A DNA stretch of 64,000 nt from Thermoanaerobaculia bacterium. GTDB lineage: Bacteria > Acidobacteriota > Thermoanaerobaculia > UBA5066. Positions 36,194-44,700 of the stretch are shown here, one piece after another; within the stretch, counting starts at the first letter, position 1; every line of letters begins with the position of its first letter. The stretch lies in NCBI GenBank assembly GCA_963816185.1, contig CAWFJJ010000024.1:96001-160000 (forward strand), given 5' to 3'. The notes beneath the pieces are model-generated. The model was not told the DNA's origin and searched no databases. It was given only the letters and a program-made list of their open reading frames with translations. A program made the translations under genes and the position numbers.

Positions 36194-36742
36194 TCAGGAC
36201 GCGGCGAACGCGTGGTGCTCGAGGAAGACCGCAAGATCCTGGGGAGAGAAAAACACGAGTCGAACCTCTCGAATCGCGGGCAACTCCGCCAGCGCCGAGG
36301 CGATGGCCGAAGACGACACCCGCGCCGCTTCCGAACGCGGGTAGCCGTAGATGCCGGTCGAGATCGCGGGGAAGGCGATCGATTCGAGGCCGTGCTCGTG
36401 CGCGAGGAGGAGAGACTTCCGATAGCAGGAGGCGAGAAGGGCCGCCTCGTCGCCCGAATGCGATCCGTAGATCGGTCCGACCGTGTGAATGACGAATCTG
36501 GCCGGAAGCCGGCCACCGGGCGTGATGACCGCCTCTCCCGTGGGAAGGCCGGAAGGCCAGACCGTGCGCCTCAGCTCCTGGCATGCCGAGAGAATGGCCG
36601 GCCCTCCTGCGCGATGGATGGCCCCGTCCACGCCGCCACCTCCCAGGAGGGAGCTGTTCGCGGCGTTCACGATGGCGTGAACGTTCTGGCGCGTGATGTC
36701 CCCGGAAATGGCGAGGACGGTGTCTTCCAGAAAGCTGTGCAC
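36194..36742 (-). CDS. Macro domain O-acetyl-ADP-ribose deacetylase (YmdB-like)
   Basis: GDIT, AIVNAANSSLLGGGGVDGAIH, IHTVGP, FPAISTGIYGYP. Confidence 0.93.
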   Translation of the reverse strand: MHSFLEDTVLAISGDITRQNVHAIVNAANSSLLGGGGVDGAIHRAGGPAILSACQELRRTVWPSGLPTGEAVITPGGRLPARFVIHTVGPIYGSHSGDEAALLASCYRKSLLLAHEHGLESIAFPAISTGIYGYPRSEAARVSSSAIASALAELPAIREVRLVFFSPQDLAVFLEHHAFAAS

Positions 36743-36768
36743 GAAGTGCGGGGACCGCGCGTGACGTC

Positions 36769-37290
36769 TCAGCGCTGATACGTGCCGACGAGCTCGGCCC
36801 GCGCGAGCACGTGCGACTTGATGGCGGCTTCGAAGCGCTCCTTCGTCGGAGGCGGCGGGCTGAGAGACGCGACGTCAAGCGCGTAGAGGCGATGCGAGTA
36901 ACGATGAGTCCCCGATGGGGGGCAGGGGCCGCGATAGCCGACCGAGCCGAAATCGTTGGAGCCCTCGGCGGCGCCCGCGGGCAGCGTGCCGGGTTTGAGG
37001 CCTTCGGCGAGGGACGTCGTGGACGCCGGGATGTTGAAGAGGAGCCAGTGGGTGAAGCCGCTCGCGTCCGGGTCGTCTACAACCACCGCGAAAGAGCGCG
37101 TGCCGGCCGGAACACCGGTCCAGGTGAGCGGCGGAGAGACGTCGCCTCCGTCGCAGGAGTGGGGCTTCGGGATCGCGGCACCCGCGCGGAAGGCGGACGA
37201 CGAAAGCGTCATCCCGTGGCTCAAGTCTCGGCCGCACGACGTCGCGAGAAGGAGGAGAGCAGAGAAAAGGGCCTTGGCTTCAGGTCTCAT
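36769..37290 (-). CDS. YbhB/YbcL (PEBP) family lipoprotein
   Basis: Lipobox-like ATSC; DVSPPL.W, DPDA, HW, GPCPP..HRY. Confidence 0.9.
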   Translation of the reverse strand: MRPEAKALFSALLLLATSCGRDLSHGMTLSSSAFRAGAAIPKPHSCDGGDVSPPLTWTGVPAGTRSFAVVVDDPDASGFTHWLLFNIPASTTSLAEGLKPGTLPAGAAEGSNDFGSVGYRGPCPPSGTHRYSHRLYALDVASLSPPPPTKERFEAAIKSHVLARAELVGTYQR

Positions 37291-38087
37291 GGAAGCTCCA
37301 GGTCGAGCGTGAGATGAAGAAGGGCCGTGAGGTCTCCTTCCGTCGAGACGACTCCCTTCTTGTAGCCTTCGGGGCTGCCCGGCGGCGCATAGAGTCCGGG
37401 GATCGTCCGCGGAGCCACGAGCGCGAGCGTCACGGGATGCGACCCGCGAAACGTCGCGTCCACCGGCACGATCGCGGTCGCGCGCGCGAGCTCCGTCGCG
37501 ATCACCTTCCCGATCTGAACGTGAAGAACCTCTCGTGCCGGAGCCGCGAGAAGCGGAATGCGGCCTACGAACTGCCCGATGACGGTGTTCAGGGCCGCGC
37601 CGAGGATCGGCCCCACGGCGTTCGTGCGCTCGACGAAGAGGCACGCGTGGAGGTTCACATGGCTCGACACTTTCACGGCGCCGCCGAAGAACGGATTCCC
37701 GTTCTGATCGGGCGGGAGATCCGCCGCGGCGATCGTCTGTCCTGAGGACGCCGCGAACGGAAGGTGCGCGGAGGCGAGCGCGGAGCTCTCGCCGGAAGCG
37801 GCCGGGTCGGGGTCCTCGAGCTGAAGGACGAGCGAGAGATCCGTCGCCTTCACGCCTTCGCCGGGCCAGCCGTTGTGCTTCACGTCGATCGAGACGAAGG
37901 AGACGGTGAGAGTTGGGGCGGCGGGAGACGAGGATCTTCTTGCTTTCGGAGCGAGCCGAGAGGGCGAGCCCTTAGCCGGGCGGCTGATCGCAGAGGGTTT
38001 CGGTGGTTTTCTCTTAGAAAGTGAATGGGACCCGGGGTTTCGCATCGGGCCTCCTTCCGGCTTCGGCGGCGCCAGCGATTCTTTCAC
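37287..38087 (-). CDS. Hypothetical protein; start uncertain because the N-terminus lies in a repeat element
   Basis: Open frame coupled to the downstream gene (overlapping stop/start); no recognisable motif. Confidence 0.5.
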   Translation of the reverse strand: MKESLAPPKPEGGPMRNPGSHSLSKRKPPKPSAISRPAKGSPSRLAPKARRSSSPAAPTLTVSFVSIDVKHNGWPGEGVKATDLSLVLQLEDPDPAASGESSALASAHLPFAASSGQTIAAADLPPDQNGNPFFGGAVKVSSHVNLHACLFVERTNAVGPILGAALNTVIGQFVGRIPLLAAPAREVLHVQIGKVIATELARATAIVPVDATFRGSHPVTLALVAPRTIPGLYAPPGSPEGYKKGVVSTEGDLTALLHLTLDLELP

Positions 38088-38180
38088 CTTCTAAGAAAAA
38101 TCAACCGTCCCGTTGCTTCGGTGTAGCAAGTCGCGCTGCGGCGGCACCGGCTGCGTCATTCACCCTTCTAAGAAGATCCA
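38006..38180. repeat. Dispersed element copy VI
   Basis: TTTTCTCTTAGAAAGTGAA ... TTCACCTTCTAAGAAAAA plus a second TTCACCCTTCTAAGAAGAT at 38159-38177. Confidence 0.78.
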
Positions 38181-38298
38181 CTTTGACGGGTTGCTTCGCG
38201 GTAGAACGTCACGAGTCGCCGGGATTCGCCGGAGAGGGAGCAGAAATCCCTTCTGCTCCTTCTGTCCCCGTAGAATCCACCCCTTGCAGGAGGATTCG

Positions 38299-38868
38299 AT
38301 GAAACGCCTCTCGTCTCTCTCTCTCGGGGCTTTCGCGCTGTTGGGTCTGCTTCTGGCCGCTCGCCCCGCTCTCGCTCGCGACATGGCGGGCGTCAGCCTG
38401 CCCGACACGCTTTCGGCGGGCGACAAGACGCTCAAGCTGAACGGCCTCGGCTTGCGGAAAAAGGCCATCTTCAAGGTCTACGTGGGCGGTCTCTATCTGG
38501 AGGCGCCGTCGAAGGACGCCGCGGCGATCGTCGCCGCCGACGCGCCAAAAGCGGTTCGCATGCACTTTCTTCGCGACCTGAAGAAGTCACAGCTCACGGA
38601 TGCCTTTTCGGAGGGCTTCGAAGCAAATGCGAAGGCGAAGGCAGCGGCCCAGAAGGCTGCTCTCGACAAGATGCTCGCCCTCGTGCCCGACGTGAAGGAA
38701 GGCGAGACGCTGTCGTTCGTCTACGTGCCCGGGAAGGGGACGACCTTCTTCGCCGGCGCCAAAGCGCTCGGGACGTTCGAAGGCAAGGATTTCGCCGACG
38801 TCATCTTTCTGCTCTGGCTCGGGCCGAAGCCTCCGTCCGAGGATCTGAAAAAGGGAATGCTGGGTTGA
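38299..38868 (+). CDS. Chalcone isomerase-like periplasmic protein
   Basis: Signal peptide; LKLNGLGLRKK..FKVYVGGLYL, WLG.KP....LK..MLG; AGGAGG RBS. Confidence 0.88.
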   Translation: MKRLSSLSLGAFALLGLLLAARPALARDMAGVSLPDTLSAGDKTLKLNGLGLRKKAIFKVYVGGLYLEAPSKDAAAIVAADAPKAVRMHFLRDLKKSQLTDAFSEGFEANAKAKAAAQKAALDKMLALVPDVKEGETLSFVYVPGKGTTFFAGAKALGTFEGKDFADVIFLLWLGPKPPSEDLKKGMLG

Positions 38869-40955
38869 CGAACGGCGCCCCTCTTCAGAGCCTGCTCTCC
38901 GAAAAACGCTTCGATCTCGTCGAAACTGCCTTCCTGGACGCGCTCTCGGATCCCGTCGCGAAATCCGAAACGCTGCTCGCGGCGGTGCGCGGCCTCGCCC
39001 GGGCCGGCCAGAAGGCACGTCTTCAAGGGGTCGCCGGAATGGCCGAGGCCGAGCTGAAGGGGAAATCCTCCGACTCGGCCACGGCGCGCCTTCGCTGGAC
39101 GATCCTGAAGGAAGCGGTGCGCGCCGGGGCGACACCCTCTACGCCCGACGGCTTTCACAGGCTCTTCGAAGAAGTCCTGGCCGCCGCCTGGCCGTCCCAT
39201 CCGTCGCTCCCGGCCCTCCTCGGTCGCTTCAAGTTCCGCGAGGCGAAGGATCCCGCGGACGGGCTCGCGCGGGCCGAGAGGGCCGAGAAGTGGCTGCCGT
39301 TCGAGGTCGGCCGCGTCTTTTCGATGGCGGGCCGCGGGGCAGGCAAGGTCGTCGAGACGAACTTCGCTCTCGACTCCGTTCGCATGGACTTCGAGGCGGC
39401 GAAGGGAATCGCGATTCCGATCGGCGTGGCGTCGAAGGGCCTGGTGCCGCTTCACGAGGGGCATTTCCTGTTCGAGAAGCTCACGGCTCCCGGCGCCCTG
39501 AGGGAGCGAGTCGTCGCCGACCCCGGCCTCGCCCTGAAGCATCTCATCGAGTCCTTCGGCCGCTCGCTCACGATGGCCGAGGTGAAGGAGGCCGTGAAGG
39601 GCCTGATCACGGAGGACGCGTGGAGCTCGTGGTGGGCCGCGGCGCGCAAGAATCCGCAGGCCGTCGTACACGGGAGCGGAAAGACCGCGACGGTGGAATG
39701 GTCGCACTCGGCGGATGCGGCGGACGCCTCTCTTCTTGCGCGCTTCGAGAAAGCTTCGCTGAGGGACCAGATCGACCTCTTCCGGAAGAATCAGAAGCGC
39801 TCGGCGGAGCTCGCCATCGCCATGGCCAGGGCGCTCGCGAAGGAGGCCGAGGCGCTCGAGGACCGGGATCCCGCGCTCGCTTTCGAGATCGCGGTCCTCG
39901 TCGAGAAAATTCCGAGCGTCTCTCTCGCGGGCGCAATCGAGAAACACGTTCTCGGGCAGCCGTTGGCGCTCCTCCCGCGCCTCACGGACCGCGTGATGCG
40001 CGAGCGGGCCCTGGAGATCGTCGTCAAGGAGCGGCCTGCGGAGGCTCCCGGGATCCTCGCGGACTGGTTCTTCAAAGAGGAGGACGTGCGCACGCTCGAA
40101 GCGATCGACCGTCGCCTCGCCGAGATCGAGCCCGACACGCGCGAGCGCACGCTCGAGAAGCTCCTCAAGTCGCCCCGCGTGGGGCCGCGCGCGTTCGTCT
40201 GGTTTGCGCAGCGTTCCGCTCAGGACGAGTCCTTCCGGGCCCGCCTCAACCCGGCGGTTCTCTCGCGCCTTCTCGACGCGCTCACGTGGGACGAGCTGGG
40301 AGCCGCCCGCTCGAAGGTGAGGGAGATGTTCGACCGGACCGGTCTGGTGGCCGGCTGGCTCGTGAAGCAGGCCACCGTCGAGGACGCGCGCGTCTTTCTC
40401 GAAGCGCTCTCGCGCCACCACGAGCTCGAGCCGCACCGGCGCGACGGGCTCGTGGCCGCCGCCGAGATGCGCTTCCCCGATCTCAGGCGAACGGAGGACG
40501 ACACCTTCTTCGTCACGGCCCCGGCGATCGAGGCAAAGCGCAAGGAGCTGGAGAACATCCTGAAGGTCGAGATCCCCGAGAACACGAAGGGGATCGCGCT
40601 CGCGGCCGCAGAAGGTGATCTCACGGAGAACTTCGAGTACAAGGCGCGGCGCGAGAAACAGCAGCTCCTGTCGGCTCGCGCGGGCAAGATCCAGGAGGAG
40701 CTCGGGAAAGCGCGCGCCCTCGACTCCGCGACGGTGGACACGACCGAGGTGCGGCCGGGAGCCCGGGTGACCCTGAAGGGCGCGAAAGGCGCGAAGACCG
40801 CCACGCTCCTGGGGCCCTGGGATTCGAAACCCGAAGAGGGCGTCTATTCGTATCTCTCGGATCTGGGAAAAGCGCTGCTCGGAAAGACGGTCGGGGAGAA
40901 GGCGAACGTGCTCGGAGAAGAGATGACGATCGAGAAGATAGAGGTCTTCGTATAG
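38865..40955 (+). CDS. greA: Long GreA-family transcription elongation factor with large N-terminal helical extension
   Basis: C-terminal ~155 aa: EIPEN..I..A..EGDLTENFEYKA.R, LLGPWDS.PE...SY.S.LG..LLG. Confidence 0.8.
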   Translation: MTNGAPLQSLLSEKRFDLVETAFLDALSDPVAKSETLLAAVRGLARAGQKARLQGVAGMAEAELKGKSSDSATARLRWTILKEAVRAGATPSTPDGFHRLFEEVLAAAWPSHPSLPALLGRFKFREAKDPADGLARAERAEKWLPFEVGRVFSMAGRGAGKVVETNFALDSVRMDFEAAKGIAIPIGVASKGLVPLHEGHFLFEKLTAPGALRERVVADPGLALKHLIESFGRSLTMAEVKEAVKGLITEDAWSSWWAAARKNPQAVVHGSGKTATVEWSHSADAADASLLARFEKASLRDQIDLFRKNQKRSAELAIAMARALAKEAEALEDRDPALAFEIAVLVEKIPSVSLAGAIEKHVLGQPLALLPRLTDRVMRERALEIVVKERPAEAPGILADWFFKEEDVRTLEAIDRRLAEIEPDTRERTLEKLLKSPRVGPRAFVWFAQRSAQDESFRARLNPAVLSRLLDALTWDELGAARSKVREMFDRTGLVAGWLVKQATVEDARVFLEALSRHHELEPHRRDGLVAAAEMRFPDLRRTEDDTFFVTAPAIEAKRKELENILKVEIPENTKGIALAAAEGDLTENFEYKARREKQQLLSARAGKIQEELGKARALDSATVDTTEVRPGARVTLKGAKGAKTATLLGPWDSKPEEGVYSYLSDLGKALLGKTVGEKANVLGEEMTIEKIEVFV

Positions 40956-41188
40956 AAAGATCGAAGACTTTGCTTCGGATGAGGATTCGGATCTCGGATT
41001 TTCTTAGAAAGGTGGAGGAAGCAATGCGCGACAAGGACGGCACCGGCGGCAGGGCGGCGGCGGTCCCCGTTCACCTTCTAAGAAAAGCGCCATCGCGCGC
41101 TGCGAGAGGTCTGCTCGTGCGTGCCAGCGGAGCCCGAGGGGTCTTTCTCTTTCTAAGCAGAATCTCTCTCCTCTTCTTCGTCTTCTTC
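40956..41188. repeat. Dispersed element copy VII (nested pairs of termini)
   Basis: Inner TTTTCTTAGAAAGGTGGA ... TTCACCTTCTAAGAAAA; outer AGACTTTGCTTCGGATGAG ... CTCTTTCTAAGCAGAATCT. Confidence 0.8.
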
Positions 41189-43096
41189 GGACCCATCCCG
41201 GCGCGCGCCGCAGAGAATGTCGTTCTTCCGAACGAGAACCTCGTCGCCGACGGGCTGCCTCCGATCCCGAAGGCGCTGGCGGAGCGCGTTGCGGCGTACA
41301 CGGAGTCGCGGGGTGCGACCTTCGAGGCGTGGCATCCCGTGCGCCGCGAGATGATCATCGGCACGCGCTTCGCCGACGTGCCGCAGATCCACCGGGTGAA
41401 GTTCCCGGGCGGGGCGCGCACGCAGCTCACGTTCTACCAGGAACGCACGGGCGGGGCGAGATTCCGCCCGCTCACCGGCGACGGCTTCGTCTTCAACAAG
41501 GACGTCGGCGGCGGCGAGTGGTACCAGCTCTTCTGGCACGACGAGAAATCCGGCAAGGTCACGATGTTCACGGACGGTAAGTCCCGTAACACGGGCGGAG
41601 ACTTCTCGCATTCCGGCAAGTGGCTCGCGTACCAATCCACGCGGCGGAACGGGAAGGACGACGACGTCTACGTCGTCGACCCCGCCGACCCGAAGACCGA
41701 GAGGAAGGTCCTCGAGGTCTCGGGCGGCGGCTGGGGCGTTTCCGACTGGTCGCCCGACGACAAGACGCTTCTCGTCGGGGAATACATCTCCGCGAACGAG
41801 AGCCGGTACTGGCTCGTGGACGCAACGACGGGCGCGAAGAGCCTCGCGACGCCCGAGTCGAAGGAGAAGGTCGCGTGGGGCCGCGCCGTCTTCGCGAAGG
41901 ACGGGAGGTCTCTCTATACGACGACGGACTCCGGTGCGGAGTTCCACCGCCTCGTCTCTCTCGATCTCGCATCGAAGAAGATCTCCGTGCTGACGCCCGG
42001 CATCGAATGGGACGTGTCCTCGCTCAGCCTCTCCGACGACGGCGGTAAGCTGGCATTCGTCGTGAACGAGGGCGGCGTCGAGACCTTGCACGTCCTCGAC
42101 ACGGCCACGAGAAAGGAGATCGCGCTCCCGAAGATCCCGCTCGGGACGATCGGCGCACTGCGCTTCCACGCGAACGGAAAGGACCTCGCCTTCACGCTGG
42201 CCTCGGCGCGCTCCACTTCCGACGTGTACTCGATCGACGTGACGGCCGGTCCGTCCGGGAAGGTCGAGCGCTGGACGGAGAGCGAGCTGGGCGGCCTCGA
42301 TCCCGCGACCCTCTCCGAGCCCGAGAAGATTTCGTGGAAGAGCTTCGACGGGCGCACGATCACGGGATTCCTCTATCGCCCGCCCGCTTCCTTCCAGGGC
42401 CCGCGCCCCGTGATCGTCAACATCCACGGCGGCCCCGAGGGGCAGTACCAGCCGGGCTTCCTCGGCCGGTACAACTTCTACCTGAACGAGCTCGGGATCG
42501 CGCTGATCTTCCCGAACGTGCGCGGTTCGTCGGGCTTCGGCAAGACCTTCCTCACGCTCGACAACGCGGAAAAGCGCGAGGATTCCGTCAAGGACATCGG
42601 CGCGCTCCTCGACTGGATCGCCGCGCAGCCGTCTCTCGACAAGGGCCGGGTCATGGTGATGGGCGGCTCGTACGGCGGGTACATGACGCTCGCGTCGATG
42701 ACCCATTTCAACGACCGCTTCCGGTGCGCCGTCGACGTCGTCGGAATCTCGAACTGGGTCACGTTCCTCGAGCACACGGAAGGCTACAGGCGCGACTTGC
42801 GACGCGCCGAGTACGGCGACGAGCGGGACCCGAAGATGCGCGAGCGACTGCTCGCGATGTCGCCCCTCACGAACGCCGGCAAGATCACGAAGCCGATGTT
42901 CATCGTCCAGGGCCGGAACGACCCCCGCGTGCCGTACACCGAGGCCGAGCAGATGGTCGCGGCGATCAAGAAGAACGGCGGGCCCGTGTGGTACCTCCTC
43001 GCGAAGGACGAGGGCCACGGCTTCAGCAAGAAGAAGAACCAGGACTTCCAGTTCCTCGCGACGCTGAAGTTCGTCGAGGACCACTTGCTCAAGTAG
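41117..43096 (+). CDS. S9 family (prolyl oligopeptidase/acylaminoacyl peptidase) serine peptidase
   Basis: Beta-propeller region, IHGGPE, NVRGSSGFG, GGSYGG, NDPRVP, DEGHGF; likely GTG start at 41117 after GAGAGG. Confidence 0.9.
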   Translation: MRASGARGVFLFLSRISLLFFVFFGPIPARAAENVVLPNENLVADGLPPIPKALAERVAAYTESRGATFEAWHPVRREMIIGTRFADVPQIHRVKFPGGARTQLTFYQERTGGARFRPLTGDGFVFNKDVGGGEWYQLFWHDEKSGKVTMFTDGKSRNTGGDFSHSGKWLAYQSTRRNGKDDDVYVVDPADPKTERKVLEVSGGGWGVSDWSPDDKTLLVGEYISANESRYWLVDATTGAKSLATPESKEKVAWGRAVFAKDGRSLYTTTDSGAEFHRLVSLDLASKKISVLTPGIEWDVSSLSLSDDGGKLAFVVNEGGVETLHVLDTATRKEIALPKIPLGTIGALRFHANGKDLAFTLASARSTSDVYSIDVTAGPSGKVERWTESELGGLDPATLSEPEKISWKSFDGRTITGFLYRPPASFQGPRPVIVNIHGGPEGQYQPGFLGRYNFYLNELGIALIFPNVRGSSGFGKTFLTLDNAEKREDSVKDIGALLDWIAAQPSLDKGRVMVMGGSYGGYMTLASMTHFNDRFRCAVDVVGISNWVTFLEHTEGYRRDLRRAEYGDERDPKMRERLLAMSPLTNAGKITKPMFIVQGRNDPRVPYTEAEQMVAAIKKNGGPVWYLLAKDEGHGFSKKKNQDFQFLATLKFVEDHLLK

Positions 43097-43159
43097 ACGC
43101 AGTCACGGACTTTCCGTCGCGTTTCGGAACATCCAGGGACCCGATGAGGGCGATCGCGA

Positions 43160-44041
43160 TCATTTTTCGCCAGCCTGCCTCGTGATGCGCTCCGGATGAG
43201 TGTAGACATTGAAGCGCTCGCCGCGCAGGAAGCCGACGAGAGTCAGTCCCGTCTCTTCGGCGAGATCGACGGCGAGGCTCGTAGGCGCCGACACGGCGGC
43301 GACGATCGTGACGCCGGCGAGCGCTGCCTTCTGGGCGATCTCGAAGCCGAGCCGGCCCGAGGCGAGAAGGATCGGGGGACATGGTCGCCGGCTCCTCAGG
43401 ATCGCGCCGATGGCTTTGTCGGTCGCGTTGTGACGTCCGACGTCCTCTCGAGCGAGGAGGAAGGTCCCGTCTGCTTCGAAAAGGCCCGCCGCGTGGAGCC
43501 CGCCCGTGGAGGAGAACAACGACTGTCGGGCGCGGAGGGCGCCCGGAAGGGACGTGAGAAGGGACGCCGAGATCTCGAGGTCTCTCGACGCGGCGGTCCG
43601 CGTTGTCTTTCTTTCCCGGCGCGCAGCCGCCACGAGAGCGACGACGTCATCGACCGACGTGCGGCCGCAGACCCCGCAGGCCGAGCCCATCACCGTGGCC
43701 CGGCGGGCGCGTCGGCGGTCCGCGCGCGGGGCGAGCGTGACGACTCGAACGTTCTTCGCGAGCTCGGGCGCGACACGGGCGTCGGACGGCGGCTCGATGG
43801 CCACGATCTCGGCGATCTCCTCGATGACGCCCTCGCCGAAGAGAAGGCCGACGACGAGGTCGTCGTCGTCGCACGGCGTCCGCATCGTGACGACGAACCG
43901 CTCGGGCTCGGCGCCGCCTTCGCGCAACCGGATCTCGAGGGGCTCTTCGGCGACGAGGAGGTCCTTCTCCCAGCGTGTGCCTTTTTCGTCGCTTCGGAGG
44001 ACTAGCGTCGACACGGACGCGTCGCGGTGTGTGTCCGCCAT
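43160..44041 (-). CDS. fdhD: Formate dehydrogenase accessory sulfurtransferase FdhD
   Basis: EEPLEI, TMRTP..D, SACGVCG, TGGLHAA, EDVGRHNA.DK, SAPTSLA, GFLRG.RFNVY. Confidence 0.93.
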   Translation of the reverse strand: MADTHRDASVSTLVLRSDEKGTRWEKDLLVAEEPLEIRLREGGAEPERFVVTMRTPCDDDDLVVGLLFGEGVIEEIAEIVAIEPPSDARVAPELAKNVRVVTLAPRADRRRARRATVMGSACGVCGRTSVDDVVALVAAARRERKTTRTAASRDLEISASLLTSLPGALRARQSLFSSTGGLHAAGLFEADGTFLLAREDVGRHNATDKAIGAILRSRRPCPPILLASGRLGFEIAQKAALAGVTIVAAVSAPTSLAVDLAEETGLTLVGFLRGERFNVYTHPERITRQAGEK

Positions 44042-44105
44042 CCGGCTAGCCTACTTCACCCCGCGACGCCCGGACCCGGGCTCGCGTCGTTGCCTCCTTG
44101 GTTGG

Positions 44106-44672
44106 TCAGATCCCCCCGCCGTCCACCAGCGCCTCCTCGTACACCCTCTCCCAGAAGGGCTTCACCTCCGTGTCGAAAAGAGAGTACGTGCCCATCTGAA
44201 CGAGAGGCGGGGAATAGACGTGGAGCGTGACGAGGTCACCGCTGTCTTCCGCGAGGTTCGAAACCTGGTGGATGTCGTCGTCCTGCGTCGCGCAGATCGC
44301 GCCCGTCTTCAGCTCGTGCGATCGGACCGCATAGATCATCCGGTTGCGGGCGCGCTCGAAGACGGTCTCGAGCGCAGTGCCGTGGAGGACGCGAACGCCG
44401 CAGCTCGAGCCGCGGTGGTCGTGGATGGGGCTCCTCTGGCCGTTCCGCCAGCAGAGGACGAGCGCCTGGTAGGCCGGCCCGGATTGCAGGACGTTCCGGC
44501 GGTAGCCGCCGCCGTCGAACTTCACGTACGGCCGCACGTCCTCGAGTGTGATCCAGAGTTCCGCCAGGGCGCGCTTCAGCTCGGAAAGGGGGATGCGCTC
44601 ACGCCAAGCGTCGAGCTCCTCGAGAACCCTGCTGAGAGGGGACATCATGAGCCGCTTTGGGAATCCTAGCAT
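44106..44672 (-). CDS. Cysteine dioxygenase family protein
   Basis: YRRN, SPIHDH, IHQV, LHVYSPP; start may be 44649. Confidence 0.88.
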   Translation of the reverse strand: MLGFPKRLMMSPLSRVLEELDAWRERIPLSELKRALAELWITLEDVRPYVKFDGGGYRRNVLQSGPAYQALVLCWRNGQRSPIHDHRGSSCGVRVLHGTALETVFERARNRMIYAVRSHELKTGAICATQDDDIHQVSNLAEDSGDLVTLHVYSPPLVQMGTYSLFDTEVKPFWERVYEEALVDGGGI

Positions 44673-44700
44673 CGGCCGGGTGCTTCGCTAGACTCCGGAC

